46,107 nt of DNA from an uncultured Fibrobacteraceae bacterium (GTDB lineage: Bacteria; Krumholzibacteriota; Krumholzibacteriia; LZORAL124-64-63), in assembly GCA_964562635.1 (NCBI GenBank), contig CAZLUL010000002.1, forward strand, positions 1 through 46,107, read 5' to 3'. Position 1 is the first letter of the stretch; each line of letters begins with the position of its first letter. The translations under genes were made by a program, and so were the position numbers. Positions 1 to 8,845 of this stretch are shown one piece after another. The notes under the pieces are model-generated. The model was not told where the DNA came from and made no database searches. It worked only from the letters and a program-made list of their open reading frames with translations.

Positions 1-501
1 TGGTTGAGCACCAGGATTGGCAAGCGTCATGCCTTCTTCGTGGCCATCGGGATGTCCATGGTGGGCTACGCCCTGAAGTGGTTCTGCTACAATCCGGCCT
101 ATCCCATGCTGACTCTATTGCCGGCTCCATTCATGGCGTTTGGACTCAGTGGCCTGTTCACCTTGATTCCTTCGATGATCGCCGACGTGGTCGACACCGA
201 CGAATTGCAGACCCACGAGCGGCGCGAAGGCATGTTTGGCTCCATTTTCTGGTGGATGGTCAAATTGGGCCTCTCAGCCGCCCTGGCTGGCAGCGGTTAC
301 CTGTTGAATGCCACCGGTTTTGATGTGGCCCTCGGTGGTGAGCAGACCGCACGGTCGATCGTCATGCTGCGGATTTTCGACGCCGGTTTCCCCCTGCTGA
401 CCTCAGCAGTTGCCCTTTGGGCGGTCTGGCGCTTCCCGATCACTGAAGCGAGGGCCAGAGAAGTGCGGCAGGAGTTGGAAAGCCGCCGCGGGAAGGCCTA
501 A
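1..501 (+). CDS. MFS transporter of the glycoside-pentoside-hexuronide (MelB/YicJ-like) type, C-terminal fragment with the 5' end outside the window
   Basis: Frame 1 is open from base 1 to TAA at 499-501. It has several hydrophobic helices. The loop ADVVDTDELQTHERREGMF resembles the D-x2-D-x2-E-x3-G-x-R-x-EG loop I recall for GPH symporters. Confidence 0.7.
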   Translation, partial: WLSTRIGKRHAFFVAIGMSMVGYALKWFCYNPAYPMLTLLPAPFMAFGLSGLFTLIPSMIADVVDTDELQTHERREGMFGSIFWWMVKLGLSAALAGSGYLLNATGFDVALGGEQTARSIVMLRIFDAGFPLLTSAVALWAVWRFPITEARAREVRQELESRRGKA

Positions 502-502
502 C

Positions 503-736
503 CTGAAACGCGTACCCTTATTAGTGGGGGCCCTGCTATCGTTGGTATTGGTTGCTTGTGAGAAACCTGGCGACAACCACGTTTATTCCCTGCCCTTCCG
601 TGATTTTACCGGCGTCGATTTCACTCAGGTCAAAATCATGGGTTTCTGGCACCCCTTCAGCAATGCGGAATATGCCGAAAACCGCGGGCACTATATTGCG
701 GCCGACATTCTTATCGATGACCTTCATTTCGAGTAG
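503..736 (+). CDS. Possible small lipoprotein with a non-canonical CTG start
   Basis: LKRVPLLVGALLSLVLVAC has a positive n-region, a hydrophobic core and the lipobox LVAC. GGAAGG at 491-496 lies 6 nt before CTG at 503. There is no in-frame ATG, GTG or TTG between 410 and 503, so the start is uncertain. No family recognised. Confidence 0.3.
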   Translation: MKRVPLLVGALLSLVLVACEKPGDNHVYSLPFRDFTGVDFTQVKIMGFWHPFSNAEYAENRGHYIAADILIDDLHFE

Positions 737-1209
737 ATCTTCAGCCAGGTCGACGCGTAGCCGACGGCGCCATAGGCACGGTGAGCGTTTTTGAGTACCA
801 GGACTACTTCTCCCACCAACAGATTGTGCGCTTTGCTGATCGTCAGCGGATTAACCCCCGGGGGAACGGAAACACTGCGGATCGAAGGCAATTCATCGCC
901 CGGATTGAGCACACCGCTGTGCGGGTCCGCGTGGCAAAGCATCCCGGATTCTCTCTCGGGGCAGGCCAGCCGTCAAAATGCCCAAAACATCTCTTTCTTG
1001 CCCGAATCATGCGGTGCATGACTGCATATGTTATGCCCTGCACTATTGCCGGGATAAGGTTGCAAAAAAATATAAATCGCGCAAATTCATCGCCAGAGGG
1101 TACTCTGCGGGAACGACATGGCGGGCCAACGGCCCTGCCACTAGCATGAAGAGGGGCATCTGCCCTGACCAGAAAACCACCGGACCTGACTTTAACCGGA
1201 GGCCAATAA

Positions 1210-1578
1210 ATGATCAAATCTCACCAAGAGATGGACCTGAGGCTGACAACTTTTGCCTGCACCGGACCTTTGAGTCCCTTGGAAATCGAAGCCGAATTGA
1301 TACGATTCTATGGTGCCACGCCAACCCTGCACACAATCTGGGACTACACAGGAGCGGATTTGACCGCCTTGACGGCCGAAAAAATCCACGAGTTGGTCGG
1401 TTTCCTGAAGAACACCTCCCACTCCCGTGAAGGCGGACGCTCGGCGCTGGTGTTTTCGATCGCGCAGTTGATGGCCATCAATGATCGCTTGCCGAGTTTG
1501 GCGGAGCTGGAAATCGAGCAGGCGACGATCAAGATTTTTGACGGGGTGGAAAAGGCTCGAGCCTGGGTAGCCGGATAG
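1210..1578 (+). CDS. Hypothetical protein, 122 aa, possibly STAS/SpoIIAA-like fold
   Basis: Strong SD GGAGG lies 8 nt before the ATG. The composition looks coding and a terminator-like hairpin follows. The fold guess rests only on an alternating pattern with a GG-R-SALV core. Confidence 0.55.
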   Translation: MIKSHQEMDLRLTTFACTGPLSPLEIEAELIRFYGATPTLHTIWDYTGADLTALTAEKIHELVGFLKNTSHSREGGRSALVFSIAQLMAINDRLPSLAELEIEQATIKIFDGVEKARAWVAG

Positions 1579-1623
1579 CTGACCCAAGGCCGTTTCCATT
1601 TCCTGTTCCTGTTCAAATGACGT

Positions 1624-1649
1624 GACAGTGGTCCCCCACCGTCGTTTTG
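1624..1649 (+). terminator. Rho-independent terminator candidate after the 1210..1578 gene
   Basis: GACAGTGG-TCCC-CCACCGTC forms an 8-bp stem with one A.C mismatch, followed by GTTTTGG. Confidence 0.45.
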
Positions 1650-1711
1650 GTATTAGCGGTGTATCGCTTTTCAAATATTGACCGTTTGTTCTTAATTCTT
1701 AGGGGGAAAAA

Positions 1712-2131
1712 ATGAAAACTTCGTTAATGACTCTGATTTGTCTCGCGATTTTATCCGGCGCGGGGGCTGGCACCGCCCACGAACTCACGGCACCTGCTTC
1801 GGTGGCCGCCGATGGCGCCGGGCACTTCACTTTTACCGTGCTTCTTGAGGTAACGGTTCCAACGGCAAATGGGTCGGCCTATATTAACGGGACGGACAAT
1901 ACCAGTCTCGGCGAGACCTACTTGGATGGCTTCTGCATCAGCACCCTTCAGCCAGGCTTCTACCCCTGGGTGATCACGGGTGATCTGACGGACCCAGGTC
2001 TTGGCGGGTCTGTCTATTACGACCACTACCTGTGTGACAATTGGAGCGCATCAGTAACGGTCAACATCATTCCGCCGGCGGTCACCGTCGAAAAAATGGC
2101 CTGGAGCACCCTCAAGGCGCAATACCGCTAG
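1712..2131 (+). CDS. Secreted hypothetical protein, 139 aa
   Basis: SD AGGGGG precedes the ATG. The N-terminal signal peptide is MKTSLMTLICLAILSGAGAG. The mature part is beta-rich with 2 Cys. No family recognised. Confidence 0.6.
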   Translation: MKTSLMTLICLAILSGAGAGTAHELTAPASVAADGAGHFTFTVLLEVTVPTANGSAYINGTDNTSLGETYLDGFCISTLQPGFYPWVITGDLTDPGLGGSVYYDHYLCDNWSASVTVNIIPPAVTVEKMAWSTLKAQYR

Positions 2132-2191
2132 CGGCCCCGACTGTTGGTGATAAACAAGGCTCAGGAGACCGCCGCGACCTCTGTCCGTGAT

Positions 2192-3550
2192 TCAGGATGT
2201 TTCGTCCCTCAGTCCCAGATCCTTCAACAGGCGATTCAGGTAGCTGCGCTGCAGGCCCAGTTTCTCAGCTGCCCGGGTTTGGTTGCCATGGCACTCGTCC
2301 AGAATCCTGGTCAGCATATTGCGCTTGAAGCCGGCCACCGCCTCGCGGAATGGCAAACTCTCCAGAGCCCCAGGATCGATCAAATCAGGTGTGCGGATCT
2401 CCGCCGGCAGAAGTTCCGGAAGCAGAACCTTGCCTGGCGCCATGACGACCATGCGTTCCACCGCATTCTTGAGTTGGCGCACATTGCCCGGCCAGTTGTA
2501 GCTCTTCATGGCCTGTAGGGTCTGCGGGGCAAACTCCGGAATATCACGTTTCATGTCACCGGCGAAGCGGGCCAGAAATACGTGCCCAAGCAAGGCCACG
2601 TCCTCCGGTCGTTCCCGCAACGGAGGCACCCGCAGGGCAATGACATTCAGGCGGTAAAACAGGTCTTCACGAAAACGCCCGGCTTGGACCTCGCGCGCCA
2701 GATCCCGGTTGGTGGCCGCCACAATGCGGCAATCCACCCGCACGGTCTGAGTGCCACCGACACGCTCGAATTCTCCCGTCTCCAGAAAATGCAGCAATTT
2801 GGTCTGCAAACCGGCGCTGATATCCCCGATCTCGTCCAGGAAGGCTGTGCCGCCCGCCGCCCCTTCCAGGCGTCCCGGCTTGCGCGACACCGCACCGGTG
2901 AACGCTCCCCGTTCGTGCCCAAAAAGGGTCGACTCAATAAGATCTTCACTGATGGCCACACAATTCACATAGACAAAGGGGCCATCGCGGCGCGGGCTCG
3001 CCGCGTGGATATATTCGGACACCACTTGCTTGCCGCTGCCGCTTTCGCCGGCCAGGACAATGGTCGAATCGGATGCGGCAGCCCGGGCGGCCTCAGCCAG
3101 CAGCTGCTTCATCGCTGGTGATGCGGCCTGGACGGTGTTGGCGCTCTGCTCGGCCAGGGCGTCCCGTGTTTTTTGCAGGCGGCGCTGGTTAAGGGCCCGG
3201 GATGTGACCTGGGCCAACAGTTCGAAATCCGCAGGTTTGGTCAGGAAGTCCGAGGCGCCACCCCGTAAGGCCTCCACCGCCCGGCTCACCGACCCATGTG
3301 CCGTCAGAACCACGATATCCCCGGCAAATTTGTCGGCCCGCAGAGTCTGCAATACCTCCATACCACCGAGTCCAGGCATGGACAGATCCAAAAGGATCAG
3401 ATCAAAGGCACGTTCGGCGCAAACCGCCAAAGCCTCGTGGCCGTCGGCGGCCAGTTGGACCTGGCAGCCCCAGTGTTCGAATCTGTCCTGCAGGGCCATT
3501 CGCAAGGCCGCATCGTCATCAACGATCAGCACATCCGCTTTGAGTTCCAT
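2192..3550 (-). CDS. Sigma-54-dependent response regulator, NtrC family (REC + AAA+ + Fis-type HTH)
   Basis: REC domain with DDD...DLILLDLSMPG. Walker A GESGSGK, the GAFTGA sigma-54 contact loop, and a C-terminal HTH (NQTRAAEKLGLQRSYLNRLLK). Its start lies 1 nt after the kinase stop. Confidence 0.93.
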   Translation of the reverse strand: MELKADVLIVDDDAALRMALQDRFEHWGCQVQLAADGHEALAVCAERAFDLILLDLSMPGLGGMEVLQTLRADKFAGDIVVLTAHGSVSRAVEALRGGASDFLTKPADFELLAQVTSRALNQRRLQKTRDALAEQSANTVQAASPAMKQLLAEAARAAASDSTIVLAGESGSGKQVVSEYIHAASPRRDGPFVYVNCVAISEDLIESTLFGHERGAFTGAVSRKPGRLEGAAGGTAFLDEIGDISAGLQTKLLHFLETGEFERVGGTQTVRVDCRIVAATNRDLAREVQAGRFREDLFYRLNVIALRVPPLRERPEDVALLGHVFLARFAGDMKRDIPEFAPQTLQAMKSYNWPGNVRQLKNAVERMVVMAPGKVLLPELLPAEIRTPDLIDPGALESLPFREAVAGFKRNMLTRILDECHGNQTRAAEKLGLQRSYLNRLLKDLGLRDETS

Positions 3551-3551
3551 G

Positions 3552-6002
3552 TCAGTCCCCCCTGTTTCCCGAACCGGCCGGCGGCAAAACCAAAATGAAT
3601 TCGGCGCCCCCTGTCGGGTGGTTGCGGGCCGAGATTTCTCCGCCCATCAAACGCGTGTATTCCTGAGCGATGGCCAGACCCAGGCCATAGCCTCCACCTT
3701 CGTCGTGAGGGCTCGGTTGGCCCTGGGCGAAGCGGGCAAAAGGATCGGCAATGTCCTGAAAACCCGGCCCATGGTCGCGCACCTTCAGCAGCACCTGGTC
3801 GGCCTCGACCGCCGCCCCGATTTCCAGCACCGCACCCTGTGGCGAATACCGCACCCCGTTCTCCAGGATGTTGACCAGCACTTCAGCCAGCTTGTCTGCG
3901 TTGGTCTGCAGGCGCAGATCAGCCGGGGCCTGGGTGCAGCGCAGCTGGACATCCGCCGCTGCGGCCAGGGGGCGAATCATACCCAGGGCACGCGCCAGGA
4001 TCGGCTCCATCTCACAGTCTTCGGTCAGAATTTCCAGCTTGGCCTTCTGCAACCGACTGATCTCCAGCAGGTCACTCACCAGATGATTCAAATGCTCCAT
4101 CGAACCGGACATCGAAACAAGATATTCCTGCTGCCGGGGCTGCAGTTCGCCGGCCAGTCCGTCCAGCATATTGGTCAATGACCACCCCACGGCCGTCACC
4201 GGGGTCCGCAGGTCGTGGGCTACCTGGGAAAGGAAGTCGTCCTTGAAGCGGGTCAGCTCATCCAGTTGGGCCCACTTCATTTTCTCTGCGGACATTCTTT
4301 GCACCAGCCGGATCTCCTGCAGTCGGGCCGACGATGCCTCACACAGTTCCGTCAGAAATTTGAGGTCAGTGCGCACAAAGCGGTGTCCGATGCTTTTACG
4401 GCCGAGCAGGATCGCCCCCACGGATCGACCTTCGGCCTCCAGGGACAGGCTCAGCACATATCCTTCCTGCGCCAGATCGTCGGGAAACCCCGGGCTTTCC
4501 CGGTCCGGACAGGTCGTGGTCTCGGGCAGGGCCCGCAATGGACCGTTGGCGGTGGTGCGAAAATCCAGCCCAGCTGTCGCCGGGCTCAGAGCACCACCGA
4601 CCCGGGCTTCCCCGTCCACCGTTTCCACCAGGACCAGGCACATCTCGGGTGACAAGGCCTCGGTAACACGCCGGTGCAACAACAGCGCCAGATCATCCTG
4701 GCTGGAGACGGTTTTTAACTCCTGCTGCACAACCGATAGAATCTGGTCCACCCGATGTTCGATGCGAAAAAACAGGCGGTCGATCCAGCGGCCCAGCTCC
4801 TGGCGCAGGGGCTGAAATACGACCCCAGCCAAGACCCCGCACAGCACAGGCAAGGCCTGCCAGGCCCGCGGCCAGGCCTGGATCCGCTCGGGCTGCATCA
4901 GTCCCACCGGAACCAGAACCAGGCCCGCCATGCCGGCGGCCAGGACGCCGTACAGAATCCCACGGCGCAAAATAATATCGATATCCAAAAACCGGTAACG
5001 CACCACGGCAAAGACAAAGGCCAGAGGAATGGCCGGTTCAAAGACGCGGTCAAAATGGGGTGGGAAAAGCGGAGTCAGGTCCAGCAACTGGGCCAGGGTG
5101 CGCAGGAAAAGATAGGGCGAAGCGCCGATCACAAACCCGGTCAACAACCAGCGGGCCTGCTGGCGTTCACGGCCCGGTTCCAGTTTGCTGGCCTGGCTGA
5201 TCATGATCACGAATGCCACCAGGGCCTGCACCACCATCACCAGGTCGGCCACGTTCTGAGGCAGGCGCAGGGCGGCAGCATGGCTAAGGATAGGCTCGTG
5301 AAAGTAGCGCCCAAAGGCCTGGGCCTGCCAGACAACCAATAGAAACGCCAAAAAATAGAGACCGGCGGGCAGGTTTCGCATACGCCCCTGGCCCAACAAT
5401 CGCTTGGGAAAGATCAGCGTCATATGCAGAAAAATGGCCGGTAAAAAAGCCAGGCTAACCAACTGGGCCAGATTCAGGATCGTGCCCCGCAGCCCCAAAC
5501 CGAATTGGAAGTAGACGCCGTCCAGAAAGATGCCCAACCCATAAAGCATCGTCAGCCAATAGAACGGCGCCACCACAGTCCAGGACAGGCGGGGCACAAA
5601 TACAAAGCAGGCCACGAGCCAGAAAATAAGACCACTGGAAGCGGTGATCACGAGGTAGGAACCGGAATGCGTTGGCTCGGTCACAATGGCGCGCAGGCCA
5701 TCAGGCAACGGAATCCGAATTGTTTCGCCGGCGGGAAACCCTTCGACCAGGAAACGCAGGCTCTCGGCGTCGGCGAGCTGCACGCCCGCCACTTCCACCG
5801 GCCATTGCACATCCGACCAGGGAAAGTCGGCCGGCAGCCGGGCCAGACTCATCTGACGCATCAGGCCAGCAATACCCAGTATCAGCAACAGGGCAGAGAA
5901 CAACAGATAGGGCCAGTTCAACGATCTGCGCACGGAATACTCCCCGGTACGGTGACGCCCGGGGAGTATATCCGCCTTGCTCATGTTTGTACCAGACAAC
6001 AT
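3552..6002 (-). CDS. Multi-pass membrane sensor histidine kinase
   Basis: About 10 predicted TM helices are followed by the H-box FLSQVAHDLRTPVTAV, N-box LVNILENGVRYSP, G1 DHGPGF and G2 GGYGLGLAIA. I chose the ATG at 6002 (GGAG 6 nt upstream) over the track start at 6092, which would overlap the upstream OMP gene. The ATG at 5984 is an alternative. Confidence 0.9.
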   Translation of the reverse strand: MLSGTNMSKADILPGRHRTGEYSVRRSLNWPYLLFSALLLILGIAGLMRQMSLARLPADFPWSDVQWPVEVAGVQLADAESLRFLVEGFPAGETIRIPLPDGLRAIVTEPTHSGSYLVITASSGLIFWLVACFVFVPRLSWTVVAPFYWLTMLYGLGIFLDGVYFQFGLGLRGTILNLAQLVSLAFLPAIFLHMTLIFPKRLLGQGRMRNLPAGLYFLAFLLVVWQAQAFGRYFHEPILSHAAALRLPQNVADLVMVVQALVAFVIMISQASKLEPGRERQQARWLLTGFVIGASPYLFLRTLAQLLDLTPLFPPHFDRVFEPAIPLAFVFAVVRYRFLDIDIILRRGILYGVLAAGMAGLVLVPVGLMQPERIQAWPRAWQALPVLCGVLAGVVFQPLRQELGRWIDRLFFRIEHRVDQILSVVQQELKTVSSQDDLALLLHRRVTEALSPEMCLVLVETVDGEARVGGALSPATAGLDFRTTANGPLRALPETTTCPDRESPGFPDDLAQEGYVLSLSLEAEGRSVGAILLGRKSIGHRFVRTDLKFLTELCEASSARLQEIRLVQRMSAEKMKWAQLDELTRFKDDFLSQVAHDLRTPVTAVGWSLTNMLDGLAGELQPRQQEYLVSMSGSMEHLNHLVSDLLEISRLQKAKLEILTEDCEMEPILARALGMIRPLAAAADVQLRCTQAPADLRLQTNADKLAEVLVNILENGVRYSPQGAVLEIGAAVEADQVLLKVRDHGPGFQDIADPFARFAQGQPSPHDEGGGYGLGLAIAQEYTRLMGGEISARNHPTGGAEFILVLPPAGSGNRGD

Positions 6003-6015
6003 CACTTGCTCCGAC

Positions 6016-6612
6016 CTAGGGAGTGGCGCCGGCTGACCCGATGGCGTAGCCGAAGACCAGCGATACACGGTTGCCTTCGGGGCTGGTGGCATAGGCCAAA
6101 TTGATCGGAATACTCACGCCGCCGTAGTTGAAGCTTTTGCCAACTGCCAGCAACAGCGAGGTGCGGGCTTGCACATCACCTCCGCCCTCGGAATACTCAC
6201 CGTCTCCGACGGGCGTGGGAATCGACTTGGAAAAGGTCAGATTCGGTCCCATGCCAAATTCCAGGCCGCCCGGAGCCCGCATGCCCATCGCCAGGGTGAA
6301 GTTGGGAATGACCTTGCCGTACTCCACACCAGCCAACATGGGCACAAATTCGATCACGAACTGCGGTCCACCGCCCTTAGGGACGACTTGGTGTTCGAAG
6401 TGCCAGCCGAACTGACTGATCGTCCGCCCCATGTCATTATATTCCAATTCAGCGGCGAGCTGGGTGTTGCCCGGGATATAGGTCATGCCAAACCGCGGGC
6501 CACCAAGATTGCGGGTATTGATAGCGGAATTTTCGCCGGCCCCGGCTGCCAGGGGAATCGTGCTGAGCATCAGAATTGCGCCCAATACCAGTTTTTTTTG
6601 CAAGGTATTCAT
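6016..6612 (-). CDS. Outer-membrane beta-barrel protein candidate, 198 aa
   Basis: SD GAGGAG, signal peptide MNTLQKKLVLGAILMLSTIPLAAGAG, and a Gly/aromatic-rich alternating beta-strand pattern. It is the first gene of the OMP-kinase-regulator string. Confidence 0.65.
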   Translation of the reverse strand: MNTLQKKLVLGAILMLSTIPLAAGAGENSAINTRNLGGPRFGMTYIPGNTQLAAELEYNDMGRTISQFGWHFEHQVVPKGGGPQFVIEFVPMLAGVEYGKVIPNFTLAMGMRAPGGLEFGMGPNLTFSKSIPTPVGDGEYSEGGGDVQARTSLLLAVGKSFNYGGVSIPINLAYATSPEGNRVSLVFGYAIGSAGATP

Positions 6613-6725
6613 GATTGCTGCTCCTCGGTCAGGGTGATGGTTACACCTTCCCTATTACAAAGAGCGTACCACGACATCAATTTCGGCCCACAAGCCCACA
6701 ATCTCTTGTCATGATCGCATTTACA

Positions 6726-6761
6726 GAAATATCCCGCCGGGTCAAACCGGCGGGATATTTC
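6726..6761 (-). terminator. Terminator hairpin downstream of the OYE/Prx operon
   Basis: Perfect 15-bp inverted repeat GAAATATCCCGCCGG-N6-CCGGCGGGATATTTC with a GC-rich core and U-rich distal part, 73 nt after the Prx stop. Confidence 0.6.
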
Positions 6762-6833
6762 GCAATCCGTGATCTTGGCGCCACAACCCTGTATGCCAAT
6801 CCATACACCTGCGAGACCGGGCCAGCGCTGCTA

Positions 6834-7484
6834 TCACCCCAAGGCGCCCAGTATTTCCAGAGTGGCTTCCGGTTCCGGTCGCTGCGTGTAGTCCGGATCC
6901 GTGGTCAAGTTGCGCATCACACCCTGCCGGTCAACCACGACTCGCGTGGCCAACGGCAATTCCCAGGCCTCGACCCCATGGTTCTGCGGCAGATCGATGC
7001 CAAACCCCACGTACAATTCGCGCAACGTATCGGGCAATGTGTACACCAGCGAAAGGCTTTTCGCGTACGAATTGTCCCGATCATGCAGCACCGGGAACGA
7101 CAGCTTGTGTGTGCTTTTCACCTCGGCATTTTTCTCAGGCAACTGGGGAGAAATCGCCACCAGTTGCGCACCCAGGGCGCGAAATTTCTCGGCCGTACGT
7201 TGCAGAGCATCCAGCTCCGCGTTGCAATAGGGTCACCACACTCCCCGATAGAAGGTGATCACCGCCGGCCCGTTTGCCAGCAATTCATCTGAACTGACAA
7301 TGTTGCCCTCGGTGTCCGGCAAACTGAAGGCCGGCAGTTGGGAACCCACAGCCGGCAAACCGGCCATGATTCCCGAGTCGCGCAAACCCTGAACCGCCTC
7401 TTCAAATGTTGCGACGACCTCGGGCGGGACCTGGGCCTGAAAGCCCGCCTTGATGCGGTCCAGGCGTTCCTGCAAAGTGCTCAT
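6834..7484 (-). CDS. Peroxiredoxin-like (AhpC/TSA, PRX_like2-type) thioredoxin-fold protein with in-frame UGA, a predicted selenoprotein of 216 aa with a U-x-x-C redox centre
   Basis: Track ORFs 7233..7484 and 6834..7160 share one frame (324 nt apart). The only stop between them is TGA at 7235..7233. Read-through gives ...AVITFYRGVW-U-PYCNAELDALQRTAEKFRALGAQLVAISPQ..., which is the FYRGxWCPxC motif. A SECIS-like hairpin follows and selB is in the window. Confidence 0.75.
7200..7227 (-). promoter_or_regulatory. Candidate bacterial SECIS stem-loop
   Basis: The mRNA reads UGA-CCCUAUUGCAAC-GCGGAGC-UGGAU-GCUCUGC-AA. The 7-bp stem (one G.U) starts 12 nt after UGA. The apical loop GG sits at +24/+25. 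An alternative outer pairing is UUGCA/UGCAA. Confidence 0.55.
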
Positions 7485-8617
7485 GATTGCTCCTTTGTCC
7501 CGGTCTCCATGGCCGGATCATAATTGGGGTACTCCGTATAACCGGCCGGTGAGTCTCCGACCGCATACCAGGATTCCTGCGCCGGCAACGGAGCCAGCGG
7601 CCAGTTGTTGCGGAACCGCTCGACCAGGTCGGGATTGGCCAGATAGGGGCGCCCGATGGCGATCAGATCTCCGGCACCACTGTCGATCGCAGCTTCGGCG
7701 CTGGTCTGATCGTAGCCACAGTTTCCGATCAACGGGCCGTTAAAAACCGCGCGAAAATCGGCCAACGTCATGGGCTCTCCCTGCTCGTGGAATCCAAATG
7801 CCAACCCATCCATCAGGTGCAGATAGGCCAGACCGAAAGTATCCAGTTCGCCGGCGGCATAGAGGAACGTTTCCCGAAAATCAGGCGACCCCATGTCGTT
7901 GAAGACACCGTTGGGCGCCAGACGAACGCCAACCTTCGCGGCGCCGATGGCATCGCTGATGCCTGCGACAATTTCGCGCAGCAGGCGGAAACGGTTTTCG
8001 ATGCTGCCGCCATATTCGTCATCACGCTGGTTGGTGCGCGACTGCAGGAATTGATCCAGCAGATAGCCATTGGCCGCGTGAATTTCGACACCGTCGAATC
8101 CGGCCGCCGCCGCCCGCTCCGCCGCCGAGACGTAGTCGGCGACAATACCGGCCAATTCGCCCGTTTTCAGAGCACGGGGAGTTTCGTAGTCTTTCTTGCC
8201 CAGGGGTGTATGGATACCGTCGCCAGCCAGTCGGATCGCCGAAGGCGCCACCGGCAAGGCTCCGTCGTGGAAGTCACTGTGGGAGGCCCTTCCCATGTGC
8301 CACAGCTGAAGGAAGATCCGACCTCCTTTGGCATGCACGGCCTCGACCACCTGACGCCAGGAATCGCCCTGCTCATCGGTGTAGATGCCCGGCGCCCCAA
8401 CCCAGCCATTGCCCTGGGGGGAGACGGATGTCGCTTCGGTGACGATCAGCCCGGCGCTGGCCCGTTGGGCGTAATATTCGGCTATCAGGCTATTGGCAAT
8501 ACGGCCTGGACCGGCCTTCGAACGGGTCATCGGCGCCAGGACCACCCGGTTGTTGAGCGTCAAATCGCCCACCTTGACCGGGTCAAGCAGTGCAGAGCGT
8601 GGTTCAGCAGAACTCAT
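7481..8617 (-). CDS. NADH:flavin oxidoreductase / alkene reductase, Old Yellow Enzyme family (NemA-like)
   Basis: LNNRVVLAPMTR, IFLQLWHMGR, GFDGVEIHAANGYLLDQFL and a C-terminal IAIGRPYLANPDL. Its stop overlaps the Prx ATG (ATGA). The start may be 8617 (AGAAAGG upstream) or 8641. Confidence 0.9.
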   Translation of the reverse strand: MSSAEPRSALLDPVKVGDLTLNNRVVLAPMTRSKAGPGRIANSLIAEYYAQRASAGLIVTEATSVSPQGNGWVGAPGIYTDEQGDSWRQVVEAVHAKGGRIFLQLWHMGRASHSDFHDGALPVAPSAIRLAGDGIHTPLGKKDYETPRALKTGELAGIVADYVSAAERAAAAGFDGVEIHAANGYLLDQFLQSRTNQRDDEYGGSIENRFRLLREIVAGISDAIGAAKVGVRLAPNGVFNDMGSPDFRETFLYAAGELDTFGLAYLHLMDGLAFGFHEQGEPMTLADFRAVFNGPLIGNCGYDQTSAEAAIDSGAGDLIAIGRPYLANPDLVERFRNNWPLAPLPAQESWYAVGDSPAGYTEYPNYDPAMETGTKEQS

Positions 8618-8678
8618 CAGTCCGACCTTTCTGTTTCGCATTCATTTCGGCTGGGTTGGAATCTTCGACTTGCCCTGC

Positions 8679-8707
8679 ATAATAGAACCTTCGTTCTTTA
8701 TCCGCAA
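8679..8707 (-). promoter_or_regulatory. Candidate sigma-70 promoter of the OYE-Prx operon with an embedded operator-like inverted repeat
   Basis: The minus strand reads TTGCGG-N17-TATTAT. The spacer contains AGAAC-CTTC-GTTCT at 8684..8697. It lies divergent to the TetR gene. Confidence 0.35.
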
Positions 8708-8782
8708 GAGCACGATGTGTAATCATGGCAACAAAATGACAGATAATTTTATAAAACCCTGAATAACAACGTAATATCTGGT

Positions 8783-8811
8783 TTGCATAGATTCTCGTTT
8801 TGTGATATATT
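8783..8811 (+). promoter_or_regulatory. Candidate sigma-70 promoter of the TetR gene
   Basis: TTGCAT-N17-TATATT, with the -10 element about 35 nt upstream of the ATG at 8846, in an AT-rich divergent intergenic region. Confidence 0.45.
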
Positions 8812-8845
8812 ACGGAATGTTCAATCTGTTAAATAAGGAGAGACG

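Noticed and set aside
724-942. 72-aa GntR-like wHTH ORF as a functional gene
   Set aside because: It is too short and lacks helix 1. It has non-conservative changes in the HTH, no SD, and overlaps the convergent lipoprotein candidate. I report it only as a possible remnant, in the findings.
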